Positions 23,101 to 36,078 of a stretch of DNA of 64,000 nucleotides are shown here, piece by piece (position 1 is the stretch's first letter; each line of letters begins with the position of its first letter). Origin of the DNA: Fimicolochytrium jonesii. Its lineage: Eukaryota. The stretch lies in assembly GCF_025526975.1 (NCBI RefSeq), contig NW_026515684.1, positions 62,001 to 126,000 of the forward strand, read 5' to 3'. A model generated the notes under the pieces. It was not told where the DNA came from and did no database searches. It was given only the letters and a program-made list of their open reading frames with translations. A program made the translations under genes and the position numbers.

Positions 23101-26100
23101 CCGGCCTTCTGCCGGCTCTTTCAGCGGCTGTTCTGGCCAGCCCAAGCTCGAAGTGCTCTTTGACACCTGTCAGGGCAACTTCCTTCAAGAGGCGTCGAAG
23201 ACACATCAAAGCGAAAACCTGCGTCCTCCATCGCGGTTTGAGGAGTAACAGAACAATCTTTGCCGGCACAGATGAAGCGTTCGTCGGTGTAGCTGCACTG
23301 GGCTTTTCGTTTGCTGCGGGCGGATCCTCTTCAGAGTGCTCGACCGCAAATACATCATCGTCGTCATCCCCTTGTCCGCCATGAAGAGAGGCAACGCTCG
23401 CCATAGCTCGTATATCCTTTGCAGCAGGTGCTTCACCAACTGAGCCTCCGGTCTTCGACAGAATGCTTTTACACAAAGTAAGCCACCGAGATGGCCTTTC
23501 CGAGGCGACATGCTTCAACAAATTCATGAGGATATCGCGAATCTCATCCCGGACCGTTCCGTCGGTCTCCATATCCAAGAGGGCGAAGAGCTGCTCCTCC
23601 AGCTGATTATTACCGGCTGCTTCCAGGACCAAATCCGGACTTCGTTGAGCGAGCTGGTACAGGCACGTGACAGCAGCTTTTCGAATGAGATAATTCCGGG
23701 TGGTTGACTCTCCAGCCAATTGTGTTTGCAAAAACGGGATCAAGGTGGAAATATCCACGTGTTTCGGGGCAAACAAAATGAAGTGCTGAATGCAACGAAT
23801 AGCCTCCACAACGACGAACGGATCATCCTCGGCTTTCAGTTGCTCATACAGTGCGAAACAGTGTTCGCGGATCTTGGTCGACATCTGCAACTCAGGCCCG
23901 ATCACTCCGACGAGGGCATACAGTATGCGCCCGATAGCTGGGTAGACATCTGCATTCCCGTTTCCACTCTGTTCGTTAGCCGCGGGTGCACTTAGCTCGT
24001 GCGCTTCGGACGTGAGAAGCTTCACCGTTAGCGACACCGTGGAGTTCACGTACGGGCCGAACATCAGTCCCGCGCTCTCGATCGTCAACCATAGAGAATG
24101 CAAAGCCCAGGTGTGAACCAGTGGATGGGAGTCGGATGCCAGAGAATGTAAGATCCCGACGGCGGTTTTCAACTGCGAGGCGGCGGCCATGCCACCCACA
24201 TAGCTCAGAATGTACCCCAGAGCCAATGCCGAACCGGCTCGGACATCCGGCTCGCGGTTCTTGACAATTTGATCGACCAAGTTCTGTACCAGCGGATTGA
24301 CAAAGACTGATGATCCCACAACGCGCGACAGGCGTCCCAAAGCTTCGCTGGCGAGCGTGCGGAACAGGACATCGGGGGAGACCAGGAAGTCCTAATATGT
24401 CCAATAGAAGCCCCACCGTGGTCAGACAAAATGCGATAGGTTCATCCATTGCCGAGTCCCGACAGACTTACCTCAACGAGGTCCCTAATCTGGACGCCAA
24501 CTTTCCCGCTGGCGAGACTGCCTTTTTTGCCCATCACATACCTCAAAGACCCGAGGATAGCAACCAGGATATTTAATTGAACGCTCCGCTTCCGAAGAGG
24601 CGGTACTTTGGTCCCCTGCGACTTCGCCAAGATGATGAGTTGTTCCATCAGGGATTCCTGAACCGCAGCGTTCTGAAGCGGAAGCAGCAAAGCAAAGAGC
24701 TCCACCGCCGAATCAATGGTAGCAGTGCCGACAGGCGCGGGAGAGGGGCGCTTGTACGCAAGCTCAGAAGAAGTATTTGATGCTGTCGAGGAGGATAATG
24801 ACTTTTGTGAATGCAGGTGCGTTACATCTTGTAGATACAAGCTATGGGGATCATTCTCCAAGGCGCCAGGGATGACGTGGTCCAGCTAAGGAGTGATCAA
24901 CGGTTAAAAGCTGTAGATCTTCAAGGACGTGTCCATCAGCTAGTCTCTTACCAGATCTTCAAGTAGCTGCATGTCAGTGTCATTGTTCAGTACCGCAGCG
25001 ATCCCACGATCCTCCGCTCCAGCCTCGTGCGCAATACGGACCACGGATCCTTGCACCAACGAAGTTGTAAACGACGGCTGAGATCCGGGCTGTAGAACAG
25101 CTCCTGGCTTCTCCGGTGCATAGCCCATAGCAGTCAGCAGGCGATCCTGATTTTTCTCGGGATCCGGCGCAAAGACATCCAATGACGCACGAAGCAACAC
25201 AGAGAAGCTGAGCTCGAATGTCGATGGCGGCGAAAGGACTTTGAAACAAAGAAAGAGTCGTTTCTTCAGAAAATTCTCCATCTGAAAGTACTTCGTATCA
25301 GGATTGACCGCGCCCGGTGGAATTGGCGGTCCGGAGTAATACGTCGCTGGCAACGTCGACATGAACGCCAATGTGTTGTTCAGGCACACCGTGATTCGCT
25401 TTGCCACGTCGGATGCTTGCATTTCCTTCGAATTGTGAACCATGAAGCTATGCAAAGCCGCCAAGGCCGCTTCTTTGCTCATGAGCAGAAACTCCCACTC
25501 CAATTCACTTCGGACGCCCGACTCCTTTGGTGCCGGTTTCGGAAAGACATTCTTCCATATGAGGAGGAGTTGCGAGGTGTGCACTCGCACGAAATCTTCA
25601 CCCAAGCACATCAGCGAGGCGATCAAGGTCCAGGCAACCCTCGCCAGAGCGCTGACAGCTCGGAAATCTTTCGAGGCCGAGGTCGTTCGCAAGAGCTGGG
25701 CGCAAAGACCGAATATGCGTGCCATCGCTTCATAGGATACGTAAAGAGTCCGAGAAGGCGCGGCACTGATTAGAGCAGCCAGAACGTTTCCGTACCCTAG
25801 GAACCGAGCCAAGATCTCCGGTTTGTCGCCCTGCAAGTTTGGAAGATCTTTCTGGATAGACGCCATCAACTTTGTTATCAGCTTGGGCAGGTACGATGGT
25901 AAGGCGGCGGACAAGCAGCGCAGGCACCAGGCCAAAGATAGATTGACAGATCGTGACGGATGAGCGATGAGTTTGAGTAGGGGTTCGATGACGATGTTTT
26001 CTTCGCCCGCCAAGGCTGGTCCCAAATCGATGAAAAGTGCAGCGACTTCGTTCAACACGCAAACGAGGGCCGAATCGCTCGGAGCCACATCCGTTCCCAA

Positions 26101-27814
26101 CACTGCTGGCCATCTCCGCAACCATCCCGTGGCAAGCTCCTTGATGGCATTGATTTGTGCCGTCTCTCCAAGCATTTTGCCGATTGTGTCTCGAAGCAGG
26201 AAGTCGCAACTTTGGCGCATGAAAATGACCTCCGTTGGGGTTTGGATTAACTTCGGATTGGTGCATAGAGCCAGCACATTTTTGACAATTTGTGCGTAGT
26301 TGTCCTCCACAACTTTGGTACCAAGTCGTCTCAGCGTGGTCGCATATGCCTCCAGAATGCCAATGCGCACCTCCCGGGATGTATTCTTGATGTACAAAGT
26401 GCTGAGCACGTTCAAGACTTCATCAACCTCAAGAATATTCTTCTCCGCGGTTCCCGCCGCTTCTGCTTCTGTCCCGGCTGCTTTCTTGCCTTTATCTTTC
26501 TTCGGAGCCGGTTGTTGCGATTGAGCCAGGATCAAGGCCACAAACAATGACACAGCTCTGCGGACGGAATAGTTGCTGCCATCCAAGGCCTTCGTAGCGC
26601 TGGAAATCAGATATTCGTAGTCATCAAATTTCGTTGGCACTGGATAACTCGTATGTTCGTACACAGCTTGAAATATCTGGCCGCAAAAGGTCTAAATTGA
26701 GCATGAAAGCCAGCTGTAGTTGAAGGCATCAGTGTTCCTCACCTCTACGGCAGCAGTTCTAATCAGCGGCAGCTTATCAGCTATTCCGGTCTTTGCGATC
26801 TTGATCATGTCTTTGCTCATTTGCTCATTCGCCCCTCTCCCAGCTCCCTTCAGCGAGCGCCCCAAGGCGACATACGATTCATATCGTAGCGCGAGCTGCA
26901 GAAGGATATGCCTTTAGCCATGTCAATGTCAGATTCCTACATGAGTCATCCCACCTCGCTCTCCTTTGCATTCTTCAAACATCTGGATAGTAGTGAAACC
27001 GTCTCCGGAAACAAGGACAGTAGCTATTTGGGGTCCGATGGTGAGTAATTCCGGTCTAGTTTCGCCGGAATTTCACTGTTCAATCAGCCAACCTTTCCAC
27101 CGTGCGCCTCCGACAGTATCCCAAGGGATGTGATAGCCGCTCTGCAACGGCTCATAAGGAAGAGGCTCGGGTGAGACATTTGATGATGGTGAACTCACAA
27201 TCGAAAGGAGGGATCCTCGGGTTTCTTGCTGGCAACGATGGCTTGAATTGCCGCCAGCGTGTCGAACAAGGTTCGGCCGTCCCCTTTCGCATACAAAAGC
27301 GCAAGGCATCTTGCCACTGACTGTCGAATGGGACGCGTTGGTTTCGGTGCAGTGCTCGTTAAACGTTTCAGGAGTGTCTTCTCAAGCTCTGCTTGAGCGG
27401 GTTTGACCGTCGCCTATTTCAGCAGCCGCGTGAGAGGGGGTCAATGAGAGCCCAATTGTCCTCTTTGGTGACCTCACCGCATCCACTTTGTTCAAGTCCC
27501 TTTCTACAAAGGAAAGCCACTGAATACAAAGGCGCATATCAGCTGCTATAGTCCAATACACATTTTCGAATACACTGAGCAAGTACGCACTTGTATGAGA
27601 AAGACCTCCTTTTTCTCATTGGAGTCGGCAGCGCTAAGCTGGAATTCGTGAGTGATCTTGTTGCGGCGAGACATAATCGCAACCTTCACCCAGGAGTAAG
27701 TACCTTTCGTTCGTCGAACGTGAAGCTTTCCGGCACTGATGATAGTGTGAAGCATTGCGGAGAGCTTGTAGCCCCTCCGATGGCGTCGAAGCCTGCTGCG
27801 AAATTCGTTTTCAT
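20166..27814 (-). CDS. LAA1: HEAT-repeat protein HEATR5/Laa1 (AP-1 accessory factor), many exons
   Basis: The spliced N-terminus FTFDERK|LSAADSNEKKEVFLIQ|WLSFVERDL, together with PRWRTQVFA, DLIRMAFSAATA...LRLEGLRLL, LLEQYQAQIGAALTPAF and HPLVHTWALHSL, matches HEATR5/Laa1. Start approximate. Confidence 0.9.
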
Positions 27815-28309
27815 GTTTATAGCGTGGGAAGTTGCGATGTGAGTGAACCTCGCGAACCTTCCTTCGAAAGAGACGCGTCGAGGGATCTCTGGCTCAAGAT
27901 CACATTTGCAATTGCGCCGACCTTCACCACCACACTCCCTGAAACTCCTGCAGCACACAGCACTCCTGCTGCACACAACAATGGCTGCACTCTCTAGGTT
28001 TAGGGTTTGGGCAAAAGCGACAGTATACAAGGGTTATCGCTGAACTGAAATTATCGTTGAGCTGTCAGGCACGCCTTTGGCGGGCGGCCCAGGGAGCTAG
28101 CAACGCGCGACCATGGGCACGAGTATCTCTCGGGCGGCGACAGGAGCCAGTCGGAACTTTCGGCATCGAAGCTTCTTCCACTTCGGCAGCATTCCTCGTG
28201 TCCCATGCCGCACCAGCGACTTCTGAAAAGAGAATGAACATTACCACCTGTTGCGCATCCGCATACACTCGGAGACAACCACATAGTTGCGAGCGCTTGG
28301 GAGGCAGAA

Positions 28310-28800
28310 CTACTCGAATGGTGCCGCCTTTCCCATCACTGACAGCGACCGCCAGCAGTTAGAAGCGACGCGGGAGCAGGAGCCTCACCGCTATCCTCTC
28401 GACCACACAGTGCGACAGTGCAGGGAACATCGTGGGACTGGGCGTTGCCAAACTTGTGATAGTACAACGTGTAGTGATCTGGCCACCGGTCGATATTTTT
28501 GCCGGCCTCCTCCCAGGTGAGGCCCTTAGGAGCCGGGTGCCGGTAATAGGCAACCGCAGTGCCGTTGTTGAGCCATTCAGGAGCGGAACGATCGACACAC
28601 TTCGTGAATGGGCTTTTTGCTTTTGACATCACGGAAGACGAGGTAGGCGTAGTCGGTTTCATTCTTGGTCATCGTAAACGCAAACTTCTTGAAGTCGGGG
28701 GAAAAAGACGGGTTCTCCATCTTATCGTAACCTCCGGGGGACAGAACATTGGGGTCCACGAACAATTCAGGATCGTTGTCCTTCAGCGACTCGGCCCTGG
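28310..28800 (-). pseudogene. Fragment of a prolyl oligopeptidase (S9A) beta-propeller with no catalytic domain
   Basis: PELFVDPNVLSPGG...SFSPDFKKFAF, then in a shifted frame EWLNNGTAVAYYRHP...LYYHKFGNAQSHDV. There is an in-frame stop just upstream (~28822) and no GxSxG hydrolase domain before LAA1. Confidence 0.6.
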
Positions 28801-29292
28801 TCCCTTCGCTCGCCTCAGCTCATTCAGAGGTGTCAGTAGTCTGTAGTAAGTTGCCAGGGAGAGGCTCAGTGACTTTCATGGTGCCACATAACCAGCTACC
28901 CCCCCCTTTTGGCCACCCACTTGAACAGGATCATGATCCCGCTGGATCCTGTTTGGGTGTCGTCGGCAGTCTCAGCAGAGTCAGCACTGGGCGTGGATTT
29001 CCGGCTCAATTGATGCAGCTGAGGAACAACGTCCGGAAGCAAGTTCCTATATCAGCCGAGCGGTCGTCACAGCGACTACCGTGGAGTGGAGCGATGGAGA
29101 TTTCGCATATCACTTTGGAACGCTGGAGACTGAGATTTGCAGTAGGAGACTGAAATTCGATTCGAAATGCGATCTATTACATTATGGTAGGTGGTCCTCC
29201 TAAAGGACCTTGATAGTACTAAAAGTCTATCTATTCAGATGGAGTCTATCTAGTCCATGTATGAGTGTCGGGTATACAATGAGGCAATTAAT

Positions 29293-31890
29293 CTAAGCCT
29301 TGATGGCAATATTGGAGAGAGTCACACCGCGGTCGGTGACACCGCCGTCGGAGGTGAACTCGAAGGTCAGCTCGTAGGCGCCATTCAGGTTGCTGATGTC
29401 GAAGGAGACGGACTCAGCGAACTGGCCAGACTTCTTGTAAATGACAACTGGCGCGGCATTGGTGGTGGAATCGCGGACGTAGACGGTCAAGTAGTCGTAG
29501 TCCTGTTCGGTGGCACCGTCAACGTCGAAAGACAGGGTTCCGGAACCGGGAAGCTTGGTGAAGAGAGTGAAGGCGGAGTTGGTGTTGTCGACGTATTGCT
29601 TGCCGTTTCCGACGGTGAGCTTGCCACCGTTGATCTGGAAACCGTTGGCAGCGGGAGTGTTAAGGTTGTAGACGACGGCGTACTTCTTGTCGGCAGCAGT
29701 GTTGGCGAATTTGTAGGTCTGACCGGCAGAAACCTTCAGGTAGTCGGAGGGGCCGGGCTGAACGCGAGCGGTACGGTGAGTCTTGAGGACCTTCTTGTCG
29801 TCAGCGTTGTAGCCGGTGATGGTGTAGGTGGTGTATCCGAAGGCGGTGAGAGGGCCCTTGCTGGAGAGGACACCCTTGGTGCGGCCGTGGACAGGGCTGG
29901 GGGAGGCGCGGGCGACTTCCTTGCCGGCGGCATCCTTGACGACGAGAAGCTTGATGTCCTGGGATGTGTAAGGGAAGGCGAGTTTCTGGCCGATGAAGCC
30001 ACGGGTGGTGTCCAACGGGCTCTGGAAGAAAAGCTTAGCGGTGTTGGACTTCACACCCTTCTGCTTCAAGTAGTCAGCGATCTTGTCGAACTGGGTGCTG
30101 GAGTTGCTTGAACCAATGACGTCGGCAACGGTCTGCCTAACAACGACGTCGGATGAGATACCGTAATCCTCGATAAGCTTGCCGTTGTTGAGGCCAGAGC
30201 GGATGGTGGCCCTCCAAGCGGTCCTGAAGTTTCCAACACCTTTCCTGGTAGCGCCGCTGGCGTCGGTATCCTGGTAAGGAAGAGGCTTGAAAATCTGGGG
30301 AGCAGCGACCTGGAAGAAAGATCGGTGCTCAACAACGTTCGCGCCACCAGCGCCCGTAGTCTTGTCTTCGCCGAAAATAGTTGCGAAACCGTTGTCCTTC
30401 ATGGCGCCAGAGAAAGTGTCGCAAGCAGAGTAGCAGTTGGCGTCAGTGAGGAGACCGACGGGCTTCAAGTACAGGGTGCCGACAGTGTTGACGACCTCGG
30501 GGGCGTTGAAGCGAATCGCTGGGGTGTACTTGTCACCGGGCTTGGTTGCGTTGTAGGCAGCGGCCCAGTCGGAACCACCGTAGGGAGACCCCAAGAAGAT
30601 GGCGGCGTTGTTGGGGTGAACAATCGCGCGACCGTAACCAGGAGCGTAATCGGTGTGCCCGAAGTACTGGGGAAGAGTATCGGCGTAGTTTAAGGAACCA
30701 CCACCGTTGTCACGAAGGTCAACGAGGACGGCGTCGGTCTCGGCAAAGTCCTCCAAAAGCAGACGGCGAACCTCCCCGAGGGCAATCTCGGAGGTAGGGT
30801 CGGCTGCATCGGTGAAGGAGGTCAAACGGATCACACCGAGGTTGCGGCCTCCGTGAGTGTAGTGAGAGTAGAAAACCATCGCGGACTCTGTAGGCTTGTA
30901 GGCGATCGCACCAATGTCTGTTGGGAAAGCGTCGAGACCGTTGCTGGGGTCGACACGGGGGTCGATCTTGACGGCGAGGACCTCCTTGGGGCTGCGATCG
31001 GGCAATCCGTGGTACTTCTTCTCGGATGTGAGGGAGTTGGTGGGCGCCTTAGAGGCACCACCACCGAGAGGCGCATCAGCAATGCACGCCTTGTTGGCGG
31101 CAGTGACCCAGGGAACGGTCACATCGAAGGACTTTCCGTTTCGGGAGAATGTGAACTTGATGGTGTCGTTCTCGGGGGTGGGGTACAGGAGACCGCCGCG
31201 TTGGGAGAGCAGGCCAAGGGCAGAGCGGTATCCACCGTAACGGTTAGCACCGCCCACCTTCGCCTTGTTCTTCTCCCAGTGCTCCCTGAAGGACAGACCG
31301 TCGATCTTCGTCAGGAGGTCGCCGACCTGCACTTTGGAAGCCTCCGGGGATGCTTGCAGGACGGCGGGAATTGTAGTCAACGACTGCACAACAATCCGGG
31401 GGTCAAAGGCGATATCCTTGGAGTCGACGAATTGGAAGCTGAACGGCGTAAGGTATGTGTAACACGACGCCGCACCGGTATTGTAATAGTTCGTGTGGAA
31501 ATCCCTCAGGCTAAGGAAAAGACCGCTGAGAGCCTCGTTGAAGGCCTTGTTCGACAACTTCGGGGCTTCGTCGACGATTTTGTTGATGCCGGCGATGACG
31601 TCCACCCCTACTGTGTCCTTTTTGACATACCTAACGCGTTGAAAGGGATAAGTCGTTAACAATCTGTCGACATGAATTCAATTTTGTGCCTTTCGCCCCG
31701 CTTGCCTGTGAGAGTTCACATATAGCATTTCCCTGGCCTGCTTGGCAACCAATGTCTTCTGCTCAGGGGTGTAGTTGGCGTATTCGATTTCCGGACGGAC
31801 GGTCTTCAGGGGAGCGAAACGGTAGGTAGAAGCTTGGGCCGCTGCGGTGCCTGCCGCGGCCAGCGCGAAGAAGGCAGTCGAGATCAACAT
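29293..31890 (-). CDS. Secreted S41-family serine peptidase with a PDZ-like insert and C-terminal beta-rich accessory domains; 2 exons
   Basis: Signal peptide MLISTAFFALAAAGTAAAQA; LRDFHTNY; VQVGDLLTKIDG (PDZ-like); LGVIRLTSF; VDLRDNGGGS; LTDANCYSACDTF; TGAGGANV. Confidence 0.9.
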
Positions 31891-33646
31891 GGCGAAGTGG
31901 AGGAGACGAACCGGCGTCGGAGATTAAAAGGTAGGGTACTAGAGGTGGTCGCGGGAAAGGAATCAAGGATTAGGAGGCAATGTGGGATACTCAAATATCA
32001 AAGTGATGGGTTGAGGCGGTGTCCCACGGCTGAAGCGCACTGTCCCACTACTGCCTACCACTATTATATTACCTTATGGGGGTATGGTGGATGTGTCGAC
32101 GGGGCATGTAAGCCAGGGCGGCTTTTATAGAATTTTGACTCCATGTCTTGTTGAGCTTAGACGCCTGCCAGGACTGTCGCTGCTCGCAATTACACATCTT
32201 GACCACGGGTTGGCGGTTTAGGAGGAAAATGTCTTATCGGGTCCAATGTGATGCAAACTCCGGCAATGAACAGTACTACGTAGATTGGCATGGCTGAGTT
32301 GAAGCCTCTTCATGACCGCCCATGGCCTGGGGTCATATACAGCCGGTTTGTGGGCGGATTAGGGTCCACAAGTAAGTCGTCCGATAACCCCAACTGGGAG
32401 GCGAAAATCAATTCAGCCGCGACGGCCTGACCATCTGTGATCATGAACTCCCAGTCGTCCCAACAGAACAGCAGCTGGGTCATGGAGCCTCGGCAGAATC
32501 GACAGATAGCGTGCCGTTGCAATCGGGCGTGCGTTCACGAGGGTGTCATGTTTTCACGGTGTTTTCGTTCAAATGGGCGTAAAATTTGAGGGAAGTTGTT
32601 GCCGCGGCGATTGCGTTATTGAGTTCGCTGTTTGCGGAACTCGTGGTTGTATCTTTGCGTTTTTGACGGGTGCAAAGTGTTGAAACAGACAGGCAATCGA
32701 CATCCGATCTGCTGGTCGCGTTGCGATTGCGAAAATTGACCAATGAGAAGCGATTCAGGTGTATTCCGGCGCCGGAAGCGCGCGGGACCGGGAACTCGGA
32801 GTACTAACTTTTGACGCCTACGTTATGTCAACTTTCATCAAGTCCCTGAATGCTTCGGCCGTCAACCATGCCTATTCCATCGCCTGTCAAAACCCATACG
32901 TTATTGGTACAGTACATATGCGCACAGAATGCTGCATGGCAGACTGCCGCATGGAACGAACGCCATGGGCATCATATTTACTACAGTAATGACGACTCGC
33001 ACTCGCAATATCAAGTCTGTAATTCTGGCATAGCGACTTTCGCCAAGAAAGATGAAAATGAACGGGTTCCATGGAGATTTACGTTACATGACCGTTCACG
33101 GAAGAGTCACTAGAGCGATTTCCGTTTTGAGGCTACGGAATCCAGCTGAAACCGTCGCGTCCAACTGCAGCCATGTGGCGCAAACGAGCTTCCTTGCTCG
33201 ATGTTCCGCTTGGGTCGATCCCCTCATCGCCACTCTCATCGGCACCGTATCGGTAGGATGTTGGGGGCGTTCTCATGACCAGCACGCTGGACAACCTGCT
33301 GCGGATAGAAGCAGTACGTCCTATCACGGAAAAGTGAGAGATTGGACCTGGCCTTGCCAAGGTGTGAGAGGGGAGTGGAGGAACAGGTGTCGATGCATGC
33401 GAGGTACCCCGGGTCACTTGTTGGCCTTCAATATGCGACCGTTCTGAGATGTGAGGGGCAGGCATGAATATCCTTTCTTTCCAAGACATGTTGGGAAAGG
33501 CATAACGCCAGGAAAGACCATCACCATAATCGAAACGAAGTATTGTATATATCACGCGCGCCATCGAGCGTGAAGGATGGGTATATTATCGTGAAACGGC
33601 GGAGCACCTCGCGATGAAACAATATGTTCAATGATGAACCCGACGT

Positions 33647-35650
33647 TCAACCCCTGGCTCGCTTCCGTGCCTCTCGCGCGAGCCGCTCCTCTTCTTCTTC
33701 ATCCTCCTTGCGAGCAATTCTCGCGCTACGAAAGACGTAGGTTGTTAGCTTGGAATGACTGCCCAAAAGCCAGCAGCTCATCGGTGACCTACCTTCGGGA
33801 TTCCTCACGCTGGATGGAACGCATATCCGCCTCCATATCACTGTCGTCAAAGTCGTCCATTTGCGTGTACCTACAGATCCCAAGTGTGAGTACCGCGGAC
33901 TGTTTGCATTCAATCCCACTCGTTCGAACCATACTTACTTCCTCTTATTTCGCCCCAAAATGCTCCAAATAAGATCACCCATCTTGTCTTTGTCCTCCAG
34001 ATCTTCAAGGGTAACGTCCGATCCTCGGCGGCGCTGGTTGCTAGGTCGAGCGGCCTCGCGGTCATTGCGAGAAGGAGCGTCACGGATTTCATCGGAACTC
34101 CTCCGCCGCTTTGCATCTCTCGGCGGCCCCTCGAAGTGACGGGGGCCTCGATCACCTGCAGATTCCCGTCTTTCAAACCGGTCGCGATCTTCTACTGGGC
34201 GCCGGACCACACTGGGTCGGCTAGTAGCTGATGTCACGGAGGTAACCGAGGTGACGGAGGTCACAGGAGGCCTCGCTACAGTGCTCTTAACAGTCCTACC
34301 GCCGTCCCTCCTGTCCATCGCTTGTCCTTTATTCGGAGCAGCCACACTTGTTGATCCGGGTCGGGACGTGCCATTCGAAGACCGTACGGTTGTCGTGCTG
34401 TACTTCGTTTCTGATGCACTAGTCAGGGACGGTGCGCTTCCTTTGCGTGCAAGTTCGAAAGCACTCCTGGGATCGAGGCTGGGGCCGCTCGTCCGGGACA
34501 CGGACGGTCGATCCTCTGTTTTGGGAACCCTGGAAGTATCTGTGCGTGATGCTTTCGTTGGTGCTTTATCCGGTCGCAGCGGGACTCTAGCCTCTGCAAT
34601 GCCCTTGCGCGCCATCTCAAACTCGGTCCGTGGATCCGACTTCCTCCGAGCCGGTTCGAGTTCACTCCTGAGGTCCGCCTTCATGCGCGAAGAGACTGGT
34701 TCTATCCTGGCACCCTGCGCTGCTCGAAACTCGCTTCGCGGATCTAGTTTAGGGCGGCTGGTACTTGATTCTGCCGTGCTGGGTTTCCGTGGTCGAGATT
34801 CGTCTGTCATGCTGGTTTTTCGTGGTTGAGATTCGTCTGCCGTGCTGGTTTTTCTTGGTCGAGATTCCGCTGTCGAGTTCATTTTTGGTCGGGAACTGCT
34901 CAGCTCAGCGCTGGATGCCCGTGCCGATTCGAATTCACTTCGAGGGTCTGTCCGTTTTTGAGCAGCTCGCGCGGATGGAAGTGCAGGTGCAGGCTTTCGG
35001 GTGGACTCGGGACGGAAAGACCCTGGCCTTGCTTCTGCCCTTGGGCTCGCACTTCGACCTTCAACGCTGTCCCGTTCTCCCGACTTTGCGCCGCGTCCTG
35101 ATTCTGCCATCACATTCTGGTTTGATGTTTGCTTGGAAATCTTCTCAGCCTCTTTCATGAGACTGAGAAAATCATTCCTGAATCCACCAGTTTTCTTTCC
35201 TTCCGGCGCTTTCTTGACGGCTGCCTGCCCCGAGGAGCCGTTTCGCGTAAGCGATCGAGGTCGTGAACTTGTTGCGGCCGGCCGAGGTCTGGCTGACGAC
35301 GAAGAAGGACGCCTCAAGTCAGCATCACGCTCCCGTTCCGTAGATGCAGCATGCTTCCCTCCTTGCGTAGCGGTACTAACACGGGCCGGACCCTTCACTT
35401 GGGGCTTCGCCGCCGCCGCCGCCAGAGCATTCTTCAGCTCTTGTTCTCTTTGATATTCTTCTTGCTTCTTTCGTCGCTCCCGGTGAGCATCCTCTGCCTT
35501 CTTTCGCTCTAGATCCGCCTTCTTGCGTTCCAACTCCGCGGTATTTTGTTGTGCCTCAGCAAGCAGTCGTTCGAACTGGATACGGGAAACTGTCAGAGAC
35601 GATGTGTATAGTAACTAGGATGGCGAGGCACTTACAGATTTATTGTTCAT
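33647..35650 (-). CDS. SPT2: SPT2 chromatin protein (histone chaperone), 4 exons
   Basis: Micro-exon MNNKS|FERLLAEAQ. Spliced C-terminus IWSILGRNKRK|YTQMDDFDDSDMEADMRSIQREESRS|ARIARKEDEEEE matches the SPT2 domain. Confidence 0.88.
34770..34875. repeat. About 3 copies of a 33-nt in-frame tandem repeat inside SPT2
   Basis: ggtcgagattcgtctgtcatgctggtttttcgt / ggttgagattcgtctgccgtgctggtttttctt / ggtcgagattccgctgtc, encoding ESRPRKTSTAD-type units. Confidence 0.8.
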
Positions 35651-36078
35651 GTGGTGCGGGTTCCGTGATTTCCTTGACCTTGGACTTGGCCTGCTATACT
35701 GCTTGCAACCCAGGAAAGCGACTGTGCCGTGTGTACACTAGTTTGTGAGAGATCACCCAGAATGACTGGCTATACTGCTATTGTGTAGATCGTAAAGTGA
35801 CTTTTTGGACGAGGGTTTCCAAAAGTTCCCACAGCGTCGCCTCCCAAAACTGCTCCCAAAACCCCCAACTCGGAAGACGCGTTCTCCATCACCTCGCGAT
35901 CTACTCAAAGCAAGTCGCAATGTGTGGCGACAGGCAGACCAGGAACAGTATTGAGGAAGAGGCGAGCGCAAAGTTGCCCGCTAGTACAAAGACGCAGAAG
36001 GAAGGAGTATATTCAGCAAAATTATCCAAAACTTTAGGAAAGTTGAATATAAACAGGTATGGTGCATCCCGAACGTCC

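Noticed and set aside
29257..31659. Long plus-strand ORFs (284 and 268 aa) opposite the S41 gene
   Set aside because: Antisense shadows produced by strong codon bias; V/G/L/D-rich with no motifs.
32000..33600. Short ORFs between the S41 gene and SPT2
   Set aside because: No consistent splice chain or protein-like signal; probably promoter and UTR.
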